Positions 19,938 through 28,220 of a stretch of 33,397 nucleotides of DNA are shown here, piece by piece. The stretch covers positions 1 to 33,397 of the forward strand of contig CANQWZ010000003.1 of the NCBI GenBank assembly GCA_947627685.1, given 5' to 3'. This stretch comes from an uncultured Bacilli bacterium. Lineage in GTDB: Bacteria > Bacillota_I > Bacilli_A > ML615J-28 > CAG-313. Made by a program: the position numbers and the translations under genes. A model generated the notes under the pieces. The model was not told where the DNA came from. It ran no database searches and saw only the letters and a program-made list of their open reading frames with translations. Within the stretch, counting starts at the first letter, position 1. Each line of letters opens with the position of its first letter.

Positions 19938-20186
19938 TATTACACCTTTTTTACTAACTTTTTTTCTTTATAAAATTATATCACAATTAATTATATTCTT
20001 AGTTTTTTTAACTTTAAAATGTTTTCAATATTAAAAATAATAGTTTCTAAAAAAGTGTAAACATTTTCAAAAGCAAAAAGAGCATTATTTTATCTTTAAA
20101 ATAATATAATAAAGGTGCTCTTTGTGATATTCCTACCATAATTACAAAGAGAATCCTTAATTTTTATTCAATTCTCGTTTCTTTTT

Positions 20187-20230
20187 AAAAGAAAATACTT
20201 ACCATTAATCCGTGGTAAGTATTTTCTTTT
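20187..20230. terminator. Terminator hairpin after jag (potentially bidirectional)
   Basis: Perfect 18-bp inverted repeat AAAAGAAAATACTTACCA / TGGTAAGTATTTTCTTTT. Confidence 0.8.
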
Positions 20231-20234
20231 TTAT

Positions 20235-20873
20235 TTATTCTTTAGTCTCACTTTGGGCATTTTTTGGTTCAATAACTAAATATCTTCTAGGTTCTACACC
20301 TTCAGAATGAGTAGTAACATCTTTCCAATTGGCAAGTTTAGTGTGAATAACTTTTCTTTCGTAAGCATTCATATATCTTAAATTAGCTGGTATTTTAGTT
20401 TTTGCAACTTCTCTTGCAATTCTAACTGCCATTTTTTCTAATTTTTCGTCTCTATTTTTACGATAGTCACCAATATCAACTTTAACAATTAAGCCACTTT
20501 CTTTTTCGTGATCAAAATATTGATTAACAATTACTGAGGTAATTTGTTGTAGTGCTGCAAGAGTTTGCGAATTGTGACCAATTAAAACGCCATTAGCATC
20601 AGCTGTTGTTATTGAATATTCAACAACATTATCACGCATTTTTCTTTCAACAAAACCATCAATTTGGGCTTCCTTTAAAAATGTTTCTAGGAAGTCCTTG
20701 CCTTTTTTTACGGGATTAGCATCAACAATTACTTGAACTTGAATTTCTTCTCTTGCTTCAACGTTATCACTTATTACATCAAAATACATATCATCTTTTG
20801 CAACACCAAGTTCTTTTACTGCTAAAGCTTCTACTTCTTGTAAATTTTTACCTATATACATTTTTTCTTTCAT
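20235..20873 (-). CDS. jag: Jag/KhpB (EloR) RNA-binding protein
   Basis: Jag_N-like start, KH-like LIG..QTL.ALQ, VDIGDYR, R3H motif MNAYERKVIH..SEG.EPRR; follows yidC. Confidence 0.9.
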   Translation of the reverse strand: MKEKMYIGKNLQEVEALAVKELGVAKDDMYFDVISDNVEAREEIQVQVIVDANPVKKGKDFLETFLKEAQIDGFVERKMRDNVVEYSITTADANGVLIGHNSQTLAALQQITSVIVNQYFDHEKESGLIVKVDIGDYRKNRDEKLEKMAVRIAREVAKTKIPANLRYMNAYERKVIHTKLANWKDVTTHSEGVEPRRYLVIEPKNAQSETKE

Positions 20874-20892
20874 ATTAAACGCTTCCTTTTAT

Positions 20893-22290
20893 TTAAATCT
20901 TTTTCTTTAATTTTTCTAATCTTTTAGCACTTGTTTTACTATTTATATACATTTGTGCCATTGAATAAAGGTTACCTATACACCAATAAACACCAAGACC
21001 TGCTTTACTTGTAAAAACAAATAAGCCCATCATTAACATCATCACATACATCATTATCTTCATAGAAGATTGTGAACTATTCTTTTCTTGATTGTATGCT
21101 TGTCTACGGTATAGAGGAATATCATCTTGAGCTTGTTGTTGCGACTTCTTTTGGCGTCTTTGTGCAAGCCACTGACTTAAAAATTGTGTACCAACTACGA
21201 TAATCATCAAAACAATAATACCAATTAATTGTCCCGTTCCGCCTTCACGGTCTAAAAATAAGTTTATACCTAAAAAGCGTGGATTAAGAATATTGGCCCA
21301 GTCGTTTTTAAAAATAGTATTAGCATATGCTTTAGTATATGGTATTCTAGAAACAGCTTGATAAACAGCCATAAAGATTGGGAATTGTAATAAAGGCATC
21401 AAACATCCACTAAGACCTATTTTATATTTTTTATAAAGCTGTGCCATTTCCATTTGTTGCATTTGTTTAGATCTTTCATCTTGACGATTGCCATATTTTT
21501 CTTGTATCTTTGTAAGTTCTGGTTGCATTAGTTGCATTTTAAGAGACATGTCGTTAGTTTTTGCATATATTGGCCAAGCAATTGTACGAACAAGAATGGT
21601 TGTTATAAACAAACCAATAATATAAAAGCCACCTAAAAAATGTGAAAGTTGGAAAATAATCCATGCAATAGGAAAAACCAACAAGTTGTTAAATAAATGG
21701 CTCCAAAATTCTTTACCTGTATAAAAGTGAATTGGTTCTGGACTAGTATAAATTTCATCTGTTTTTAAAACAAAAGCACATACTACATCATTTAAATTAA
21801 GATTTTGTTTATCTTCATAACTTTGATCAATTTGATTTATTACTTCACTTGCTTCTTTGTTAGATGCGGTAGTACAATTTTGGACATAGCTTGCGGCCTT
21901 AACCCATTTGCTATCATCTGATGTATCGGTATCTTTTGCTTCATTTACCAGACTACTATTAATAATATCGGTATAATGTGCAATCTCACTATTTGCAATG
22001 ATGTCATAGCGATATTGATACTTCTTTTTGCCATTTGTAATACCATCTTCAAGAGCATAACTTTTTATTAAATTTATTGCGTCATCTTTTTTCTGCTGTA
22101 AGGTTCTAGTTTCATCGGCACTGTTTAACTTTTTATTTACCCATTCTATTACGTTTTTAATGCCATCTTTATTTTCATCTTCTTGATACAAATTACGATT
22201 TCTAACTTTTCCACAAGAACATGATGTAATAAGAAGCATTAAAAACATAGCTACAGCTAGAAAAATTATTCTATAATTTTTGTTTTTCAT
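20893..22290 (-). CDS. yidC: Membrane protein insertase YidC (lipoprotein, enlarged N-terminal domain)
   Basis: TILVR..WP, KMQLMQPELTKIQEKY, GCLMPLLQFPIF, GLGVYW; follows rnpA. Confidence 0.93.
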   Translation of the reverse strand: MKNKNYRIIFLAVAMFLMLLITSCSCGKVRNRNLYQEDENKDGIKNVIEWVNKKLNSADETRTLQQKKDDAINLIKSYALEDGITNGKKKYQYRYDIIANSEIAHYTDIINSSLVNEAKDTDTSDDSKWVKAASYVQNCTTASNKEASEVINQIDQSYEDKQNLNLNDVVCAFVLKTDEIYTSPEPIHFYTGKEFWSHLFNNLLVFPIAWIIFQLSHFLGGFYIIGLFITTILVRTIAWPIYAKTNDMSLKMQLMQPELTKIQEKYGNRQDERSKQMQQMEMAQLYKKYKIGLSGCLMPLLQFPIFMAVYQAVSRIPYTKAYANTIFKNDWANILNPRFLGINLFLDREGGTGQLIGIIVLMIIVVGTQFLSQWLAQRRQKKSQQQAQDDIPLYRRQAYNQEKNSSQSSMKIMMYVMMLMMGLFVFTSKAGLGVYWCIGNLYSMAQMYINSKTSAKRLEKLKKKI

Positions 22291-22633
22291 TTATACCTCC
22301 GTTATTTTTTTTGCCAATTAATTTCATTAGAAACTCTGCTTCAGATTGTAACTCTAAATATTTTGCTTGTTTAGAAATTGGTTTAATTACCACAACTAAA
22401 TTATAACCTGGCTTTTCTTTAACATATTTTCTAAAAATATTTCTTGCAATTCTTTTAGCTTTATTTCTTTCAAAAGCTTTTCCGTATTTTTTAGACACTG
22501 AAAAAGCTATACGCATTTGGTTTTGATCACTCTTTTGATAATATATCAAAAAGTTTTTATTAGCAACTTTGTTTTTATTACTAACAATCGAGGCTATTTC
22601 TTGATTTTTCTTTATTCTATATTCTTTTTTCAT
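22271..22633 (-). CDS. rnpA: Ribonuclease P protein component
   Basis: YRIKKN.E, RIAFSVSKKYGKAFERNKAKR (RNR motif variant); follows rpmH. Confidence 0.93.
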   Translation of the reverse strand: MKKEYRIKKNQEIASIVSNKNKVANKNFLIYYQKSDQNQMRIAFSVSKKYGKAFERNKAKRIARNIFRKYVKEKPGYNLVVVIKPISKQAKYLELQSEAEFLMKLIGKKNNGGINEKQKL

Positions 22634-22658
22634 ATTTTACCTCAATTAAAAAATAAAT

Positions 22659-22688
22659 GACCACTTAAGTTGTTTGACTGAAGTGGTC
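22659..22688 (-). terminator. Hairpin (partial terminator) between rpmH and rnpA
   Basis: GACCACTT..AAGTGGTC inverted repeat followed on the minus strand by ATTTATTTTT. Confidence 0.55.
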
Positions 22689-22710
22689 CAAGTAATTTAT
22701 TTTATTGTTA

Positions 22711-22845
22711 TTAAGCTGATAATACAACTCTACCTTTAGAACGTCTACGTGCTAATACCTTTCTTCCGCCTACAGTTGCCATACGAGCACGGAAACCATG
22801 TGTTTTACTATGTTTACGTTTGTTAGGTTGGTATGTTCTTTTCAT
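22711..22845 (-). CDS. rpmH: 50S ribosomal protein L34 (absent from ORF track)
   Basis: Manual translation [44 protein letters not shown]; SD AGGAGGTG. Confidence 0.98.
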   Translation of the reverse strand: MKRTYQPNKRKHSKTHGFRARMATVGGRKVLARRRSKGRVVLSA

Positions 22846-22877
22846 ATGAGCACCTCCTATTTAAACCATGCTTACTT

Positions 22878-22906
22878 ATTTTACTATAATTTTGCTATAT
22901 TGTCAA
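22878..22906 (-). promoter_or_regulatory. rpmH promoter
   Basis: TTGACA (22906-22901), 17 bp, TAAAAT (22883-22878). Confidence 0.75.
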
Positions 22907-22927
22907 GTAATAATACTTTTTTAAATT

Positions 22928-24121
22928 TTATTTATCTGCAAGTTCATTAACATTTATATAATAGTTAGCACTAAAACCAGTTAATTTATTAGCTGTATTT
23001 TCATCAGATGTCTTATAATTTTTACCATTTATAATATCGCCATTCATTGAAACATAAAATCTTTCAATATTTAAACATTCATCTATTTTGTAACTAGTTA
23101 AAATAGAAAGTGTTCTTTGTTTTGAATAAAATCCATATAAAGAATATACTTTAACGTATTCTGAAAAATCGCTATCCTGTGGTGTTATTTTAGCATAAAC
23201 AACTAACTCAATACGTTTTATTTCAGGATAAATATCCCAATCTTCTTCTTTTGTTCTAGCTGCTTTTTCGATAATTGTTAGTAATCTTTGATTTTCTGGC
23301 TTAGCTAAATCTTCTTTTAAATAATCTTCACTATGTTTATATTTGTGTAAATTTTCTCTATTTATTGTACATTCAATTCTAAATTCATCTTCAAAAACTT
23401 CTTTTAGTGAAGTTACCTCAGTTGCTAAATTTTTAGTTATTTTTAAATTAACAGGATCTTCTTTAGGATCAATAAAATTATAAACAGCACTATTAGTTTC
23501 TTTTACTATTTCTCTTTTTTCAGCATTTTTAAATTTCTTAAAATCAAATTCATTAACTTTTACTGAATATTTTATTGAATAAACAGGCTTTTCACCTTTC
23601 TTTTGATAGGTAAGTTCTACATAAAGAATATCTGGTGTTTCATCAAATAAAATATGTTCTGTTTTTTCGTCTTCACTAAATTCTTTGTATTCTTTTGTGG
23701 CAAAAGGTGTACTACTAGTTGTTCCTGCAAATTGATTATAATCATAATCTGAAAAAGTTCTACTACTGTTTGCGGTATCATAATAGCGATAACTTTTTCT
23801 AACCGTTCTTGCTGCAATATAAACTTTAACATTTTCCATTGGTTGGGCTGTAACTAGTTTAACCATTTGAACTTGAATTTCAAATGTTGCTTTTTCATGT
23901 TCACCTATTTGTGTTGTTGTTCCTGTTTGATATTTCGAATCTCTTTCTTCTACTTCTCTTACTAAGACTGCGAAATTATCATCATATGGTAAGTCTTGAT
24001 AATTTTCAAAACGTTTATCGACATTTCTATTAAAAACTAACAATATTATGCCAAATAAAACTAAAGTAAAAACAACAATTATTATTATTTTTAGTTTGGT
24101 TGCTATTTTTTTAGTTTCCAT
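22928..24121 (-). CDS. Hypothetical membrane-anchored protein between rpmH and dnaA
   Basis: Start moved to ATG 24121 (SD GAGGTGGA); basic N-terminus, one TM helix, about 365-aa soluble domain not recognised. Confidence 0.8.
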   Translation of the reverse strand: METKKIATKLKIIIIVVFTLVLFGIILLVFNRNVDKRFENYQDLPYDDNFAVLVREVEERDSKYQTGTTTQIGEHEKATFEIQVQMVKLVTAQPMENVKVYIAARTVRKSYRYYDTANSSRTFSDYDYNQFAGTTSSTPFATKEYKEFSEDEKTEHILFDETPDILYVELTYQKKGEKPVYSIKYSVKVNEFDFKKFKNAEKREIVKETNSAVYNFIDPKEDPVNLKITKNLATEVTSLKEVFEDEFRIECTINRENLHKYKHSEDYLKEDLAKPENQRLLTIIEKAARTKEEDWDIYPEIKRIELVVYAKITPQDSDFSEYVKVYSLYGFYSKQRTLSILTSYKIDECLNIERFYVSMNGDIINGKNYKTSDENTANKLTGFSANYYINVNELADK

Positions 24122-24141
24122 AATCCACCTCATTGTATTTT

Positions 24142-24170
24142 ATTTTATCATATTATTTGTTGTTTTGCAA
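24142..24170 (-). promoter_or_regulatory. Promoter of the hypothetical gene, divergent from dnaA
   Basis: TTGCAA (24170-24165), 17 bp, TG-A-TAAAAT (-10 at 24147-24142). Confidence 0.6.
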
Positions 24171-24195
24171 GTTAAATAACATTTTTATTATTTTT

Positions 24196-24280
24196 TTATC
24201 AACTTATCCAAAATGTGGATAAAATGTTTATTTTTTATCTATTTTTATTGTGGAAAAAATGTGGATAACTATGTGGAAAA
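24196..24280. other. oriC part 1: DnaA-box cluster upstream of dnaA
   Basis: TTATCCAAA 24204-24212, TGTGGATAA 24214-24222 and 24260-24268 (perfect), TGTGGAAAA 24249-24257 and 24272-24280, degenerate TTATCAACT 24196-24204. Confidence 0.88.
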
Positions 24281-24343
24281 GAAAATATACTAACTGCTTT
24301 AATTTTTTCGTAAAATATGTTATCATATTTTGGAGGTGATTTT

Positions 24344-25720
24344 ATGGAACAAGCATATGAATTACTATCTAAAGTAAAAAACGAACTTAAAGAATGTTAC
24401 CCTCCAGCACAATATAGCACTACTTTTGATAATTTAAAAGAAATATATTGTGTTGATAACGGATCAATTTACTTAATTGTCGCAAACGCTTTTGATAAAT
24501 TTAGAATTGAACAACTATATTTAAACAAATTAAATACTATTTTGAATAAATATACTAAAGAAAATATGCAATTTAAATTCATTCTTCCTGATGAAATAGA
24601 AAAAAAAGAAGCTCAAAAGGCTGCTATTTCATATCAAGAAGTTGATTATTCTGAAAAAACAATCGGTCAAAGAATTTTAAGGCCTGAATATACTTTTAAT
24701 AATTTTGTTACCGGTGAAGCCAATAGAGAAGCTTTTACTTTTGCGGTACAAGTTGCGCAGAACCCTAACATTTACAATCCATTTTATATTTTTGGTGATG
24801 TTGGACTTGGTAAAACTCATTTAATGATGGCAATAGGCCATTATATTTTAGATAATAACTTAAAAACTAATGTTATTTATACTACAGCACAACAATTTGT
24901 TGAAGATTATTTTAAATCTAAGAACAAAAATCAAAAATCAACCGATGCTTCTTTAAAATTCGATCAATATTATCGAAGTGCTGATGTTTTATTAGTTGAC
25001 GATATTCAGTATTTGGCAGATAGACTTGGATCCCAAGATGAATTTTTCAAATTATTTGAATATCTTACCGAAAACAAAAAGCAAATTATTGTTACATCTG
25101 ATCGTAATGCAGCCAAATTAAATATTATGGATAGATTAAAATCACGTTTTACTTGGGGAATCCAAGTTGATGTTCGTAAGCCTAACCAAGATTTAAGAAA
25201 AGCTATTTTAAAAAAGAAGCTTGCAACACTAATCGAAAACCCTAACCTTGTTTCTGAAGATGCCCTTGATTTCATAGCAAGCAATTTTGAAGAAAACGTA
25301 CGTGAACTTGAAGGCGCTTTACGTAGATTTGTAAGTTATTGTGTTGCATTCAACTTCGATTATACCTTAGAAAATGCTCAAACATCCCTAGAATCAATCA
25401 TTTCGTCTGATAAGTCTTTATCTTCTGCAACTTCAAATAATGCTGATAAAGTAAAAAATTTAGTTTCTTCTTACTTTAATATTCCTGTTAAAGATTTAAT
25501 CGGAAGTTCTAGAAAGCAAGAAATTGTCTACGCAAGAAGCGTTGCTATTTATTTACTTAGAACTAAATATGATATCGGTCTTAAAAAAATAGGCGAATTT
25601 TTAGGCGATAGAGATCATGCTACAGTTGCTCATGCCATAGATAAAATTGCAGATGGCATGAAATACGACGATTTTGTCAAACAAGATGTTAATAATTTAC
25701 TAGTTAAATTAGAAAATTAA
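24344..25720 (+). CDS. dnaA: Chromosomal replication initiator DnaA
   Basis: YTFNNFVTG..N, NPFYIFGDVGLGKTHL, LLVDDIQ, RLKSRF.WG, NVRELEGAL, RDHATV; start ATG 24344 with SD GGAGGTG. Confidence 0.98.
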   Translation: MEQAYELLSKVKNELKECYPPAQYSTTFDNLKEIYCVDNGSIYLIVANAFDKFRIEQLYLNKLNTILNKYTKENMQFKFILPDEIEKKEAQKAAISYQEVDYSEKTIGQRILRPEYTFNNFVTGEANREAFTFAVQVAQNPNIYNPFYIFGDVGLGKTHLMMAIGHYILDNNLKTNVIYTTAQQFVEDYFKSKNKNQKSTDASLKFDQYYRSADVLLVDDIQYLADRLGSQDEFFKLFEYLTENKKQIIVTSDRNAAKLNIMDRLKSRFTWGIQVDVRKPNQDLRKAILKKKLATLIENPNLVSEDALDFIASNFEENVRELEGALRRFVSYCVAFNFDYTLENAQTSLESIISSDKSLSSATSNNADKVKNLVSSYFNIPVKDLIGSSRKQEIVYARSVAIYLLRTKYDIGLKKIGEFLGDRDHATVAHAIDKIADGMKYDDFVKQDVNNLLVKLEN

Positions 25721-25754
25721 TTTTTTTCTATATAATAAGGACTATAACTAAAAG

Positions 25755-25810
25755 TTATCCACTTATCCACACTACTAATAATAAATAAAAAAATAAAAAA
25801 TTAATAATAA
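25755..25810 (+). other. oriC part 2: tandem DnaA boxes, DnaA-trios and AT-rich unwinding element
   Basis: TTATCCACT 25755-25763 overlapping TTATCCACA 25763-25771, then CTA CTA ATA ATA (25772-25783) and an A-rich tract, in the dnaA-dnaN spacer as in Bacillus subtilis. Confidence 0.88.
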
Positions 25811-25820
25811 GAGGTGAATT

Positions 25821-26957
25821 ATGAAATTTATAATCGAAAGAGAATTGCTACTTTCAACTTTACAAAACGTATCTAAAGGCCTATCGCAAAAAACACCAAT
25901 GCCTGTTCTTACTGGTATTTACATTTCAGTAAATGAAGATAAAATTACTTTTATTACCACAAATAAGGAGATTGCGGTAAAGATAGAACTTGAAAAAAGT
26001 GAAAAAGTTAGACTTTACGAAACAGGAGAATGTGTTGTTCCAGGCAAGTACTTTTTAGACATTGTAAGAAAAGTAGAAGGCAAAGATGTTGATTTTACTT
26101 TATTTGAAAAAAATTCTATTAAAATTTTATCTGATCGTTCGGACTTCACACTAGTAGCTTATGATAAAACAGATTATCCTAAAACCAATTTTTTAACCGA
26201 TGTAACGCCGATAATATTTGATAGTAAAGAGTTAAAACAAATTGTTAGAGAAACTTCGTTCGCTTGCGCATCAGCAGAAACAAGAATTGCCTTCACAAGA
26301 ATCGTTTTGTCTAGTTTGAATTTTAAAGCCAAAAATGGCCTATTAGAGATAGTTGCAACAGATAGCTTTAGACTTGCTAAGAAAGTTTCAAAAATCGCAA
26401 CAGATGTCGAAATTAACGTTAATATTCCAAGCAAATCATTAGATGAGTTTTGTAAGATTTTAGACGAAGAATCAACCGTTGTTAAAGTATATTTAGAAAA
26501 TAGCAAAGTTATTTTTGAATATAAAAATATTGTTTTTGTTACAAGATTAATAGAAGGAAATTATCCCGATACTTCAAGTTTGTTCCCTAACGAATCACTA
26601 TTTGTTGCTGAATTTGATCGTAACGAATTAATAAACGCTGTTGATAGAGCATCATTATTTAACAATTCAGAGAGTGTAAACATCGTCAAATTTAGTTTTA
26701 CAAGTGCAAACAAAGCTGAAATTTCTTCTAATTCAACTGAAATTGGTAAAGTTGTAGAAGAGATTTATTTAGAAAATAACTTAGAAAACGTTAATTTTCA
26801 AACAGCTTTTAGCACAAAATATCTTTTAGAGGCTCTAAGAGCGTTTGAAAAAGATAAAGTTAGTCTTTATTTTACTGGTGAAATTAAGCCAGCTTTAATA
26901 AAAGAGCAAGAAAATGATACACTTACTCAGTTGTTGCTTCCAGTAAGAGTTTTTTAA
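25821..26957 (+). CDS. dnaN: DNA polymerase III beta clamp
   Basis: MKF.I.R..L, PVLTGI, VPGKYF, VATDSFRLA, RLIEGNYPD, C-terminal QLLLPVR. Confidence 0.97.
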   Translation: MKFIIERELLLSTLQNVSKGLSQKTPMPVLTGIYISVNEDKITFITTNKEIAVKIELEKSEKVRLYETGECVVPGKYFLDIVRKVEGKDVDFTLFEKNSIKILSDRSDFTLVAYDKTDYPKTNFLTDVTPIIFDSKELKQIVRETSFACASAETRIAFTRIVLSSLNFKAKNGLLEIVATDSFRLAKKVSKIATDVEINVNIPSKSLDEFCKILDEESTVVKVYLENSKVIFEYKNIVFVTRLIEGNYPDTSSLFPNESLFVAEFDRNELINAVDRASLFNNSESVNIVKFSFTSANKAEISSNSTEIGKVVEEIYLENNLENVNFQTAFSTKYLLEALRAFEKDKVSLYFTGEIKPALIKEQENDTLTQLLLPVRVF

Positions 26958-26966
26958 TTGAAACAA

Positions 26967-26999
26967 ATAAAAAAAGCACCTTAATGGTGCTTTTTTTAT
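26967..26999. terminator. Bidirectional terminator between dnaN and parA-like gene
   Basis: ATAAAAAAAGCACC-TTAAT-GGTGCTTTTTTTAT perfect 14-bp stem. Confidence 0.85.
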
Positions 27000-27005
27000 G
27001 CTTTT

Positions 27006-27794
27006 TTAGTCTAAATTGATGTCTTTAAAGATAGAAATAAGGTCTTTTTTTATTTCATCGAAGTTCTTTTGATGGAATCTGTCCTTCATTGGCTTATTAT
27101 CGAAGACAGAAGTGCCTTCTGCTTGGATGTTTTTTATTTCGGCTTTATCCTTGACTGGAACCGTCATTTCGGCCTTTGGAAGCATCACTTTTGCTTGTTC
27201 TTTTAGCTCTTTCAAACAGTTCATCGGAGCACGTCTTCCTTTGATGTATCCGACCGGTACAATGTACCTAATTTTGTCCAAATCGATGTCAGTATCGACA
27301 AAATATTGAATTGTGTTCGAAAAACCTTGTAAACCAAGCGTGTCTAAACCGACAACAATTAAAATTGATTGACTGATGTCGAGCAAAATTTCGCTCAATC
27401 TGCTGCTTGAAGGCGGAAAATCGATAAAAATATAGTCGAAAAATTTGGTAAAACTCTCAATTATCTGCCTCAAATGCTTTTCTTCGGACCTTTTGAGCGT
27501 TAAATTCAAAGAAAGCCTATCTGTATTTAAGGTTTTCATTAAATACATATTTATTCTTGCTTCAAATGTGATGTCTTGAGGCTCTTTTTCACCCACAAGC
27601 AAATGTTCGAAGAAATCATCATCACGATCAGTAACAAAATGGTCAACGCCGAAAATTTTAAAAATACTATTTTGATCATCAGCGCTAATAACTAAAACGG
27701 TTTTTCCTTGAGTTGCGTAGTAATGAGCGAGATAGCCAAGGAATGTAGTCTTGCCAACTCCGCCCTTTTTACAGAATGCAGAAATGATTGGCAT
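27006..27794 (-). CDS. parA: ParA/MinD-family ATPase (short, type Ib-like)
   Basis: Deviant Walker A KKGGVGKTT at the N-terminus, A' VISADDQNS, Walker B YIFIDFPP; no N-terminal HTH and no MinD amphipathic tail evident. Confidence 0.88.
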   Translation of the reverse strand: MPIISAFCKKGGVGKTTFLGYLAHYYATQGKTVLVISADDQNSIFKIFGVDHFVTDRDDDFFEHLLVGEKEPQDITFEARINMYLMKTLNTDRLSLNLTLKRSEEKHLRQIIESFTKFFDYIFIDFPPSSSRLSEILLDISQSILIVVGLDTLGLQGFSNTIQYFVDTDIDLDKIRYIVPVGYIKGRRAPMNCLKELKEQAKVMLPKAEMTVPVKDKAEIKNIQAEGTSVFDNKPMKDRFHQKNFDEIKKDLISIFKDINLD

Positions 27795-28153
27795 TATCTA
27801 ACACCTTCTCTCGCTAATTTTTCACGGCAAGCATCCTCTACAAACTTAGCAAACATAATTCCACGTGTTGCACAAGCAATTTTTATTTGTCTTCTTAATG
27901 CAATATCCATTGTTGATGTGTATTTTTCTCTGTTTGCATCATCAGGTTGATAATATTGTTGTCTTTGCTGCTGTCTTACTGGTCTTTGCACCGTTTGTTT
28001 AGGTTGTTGTCTTACTACTGGAGCTACTTCTTCATAAAATTCTTGTTCTTCGACTACTTCGGGCTCAGTTTTTACAATCTCAGGCTCTTTTTCTTCCTCA
28101 GTTACTCTTGGAACGTCAAATGGGTTTCTTCTTTTAATTGGTTGATTATTCAT
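27794..28153 (-). CDS. Putative ribbon-helix-helix DNA-binding partner of ParA (ParG/omega-like)
   Basis: SD AGGAGGT; basic N-terminal peptide, low-complexity E/Q/P linker, C-terminal KYTSTMDIALRRQIKIACATRGIMFAKFVEDACREKL beta-helix-G-helix pattern; TAATG stop/start overlap with parA. Fold is inferred. Confidence 0.75.
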   Translation of the reverse strand: MNNQPIKRRNPFDVPRVTEEEKEPEIVKTEPEVVEEQEFYEEVAPVVRQQPKQTVQRPVRQQQRQQYYQPDDANREKYTSTMDIALRRQIKIACATRGIMFAKFVEDACREKLAREGVR

Positions 28154-28180
28154 AACTAACTACCTCCTATCAACAATTAA

Positions 28181-28209
28181 ATGATAACACAAACCCAAAA
28201 ATTATGCAA
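28181..28209 (-). promoter_or_regulatory. Promoter of RHH-parA operon
   Basis: TTGCAT (28209-28204), 17 bp, TG-T-TATCAT (-10 at 28186-28181). Confidence 0.65.
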
Positions 28210-28220
28210 TTTTTTTGCAA

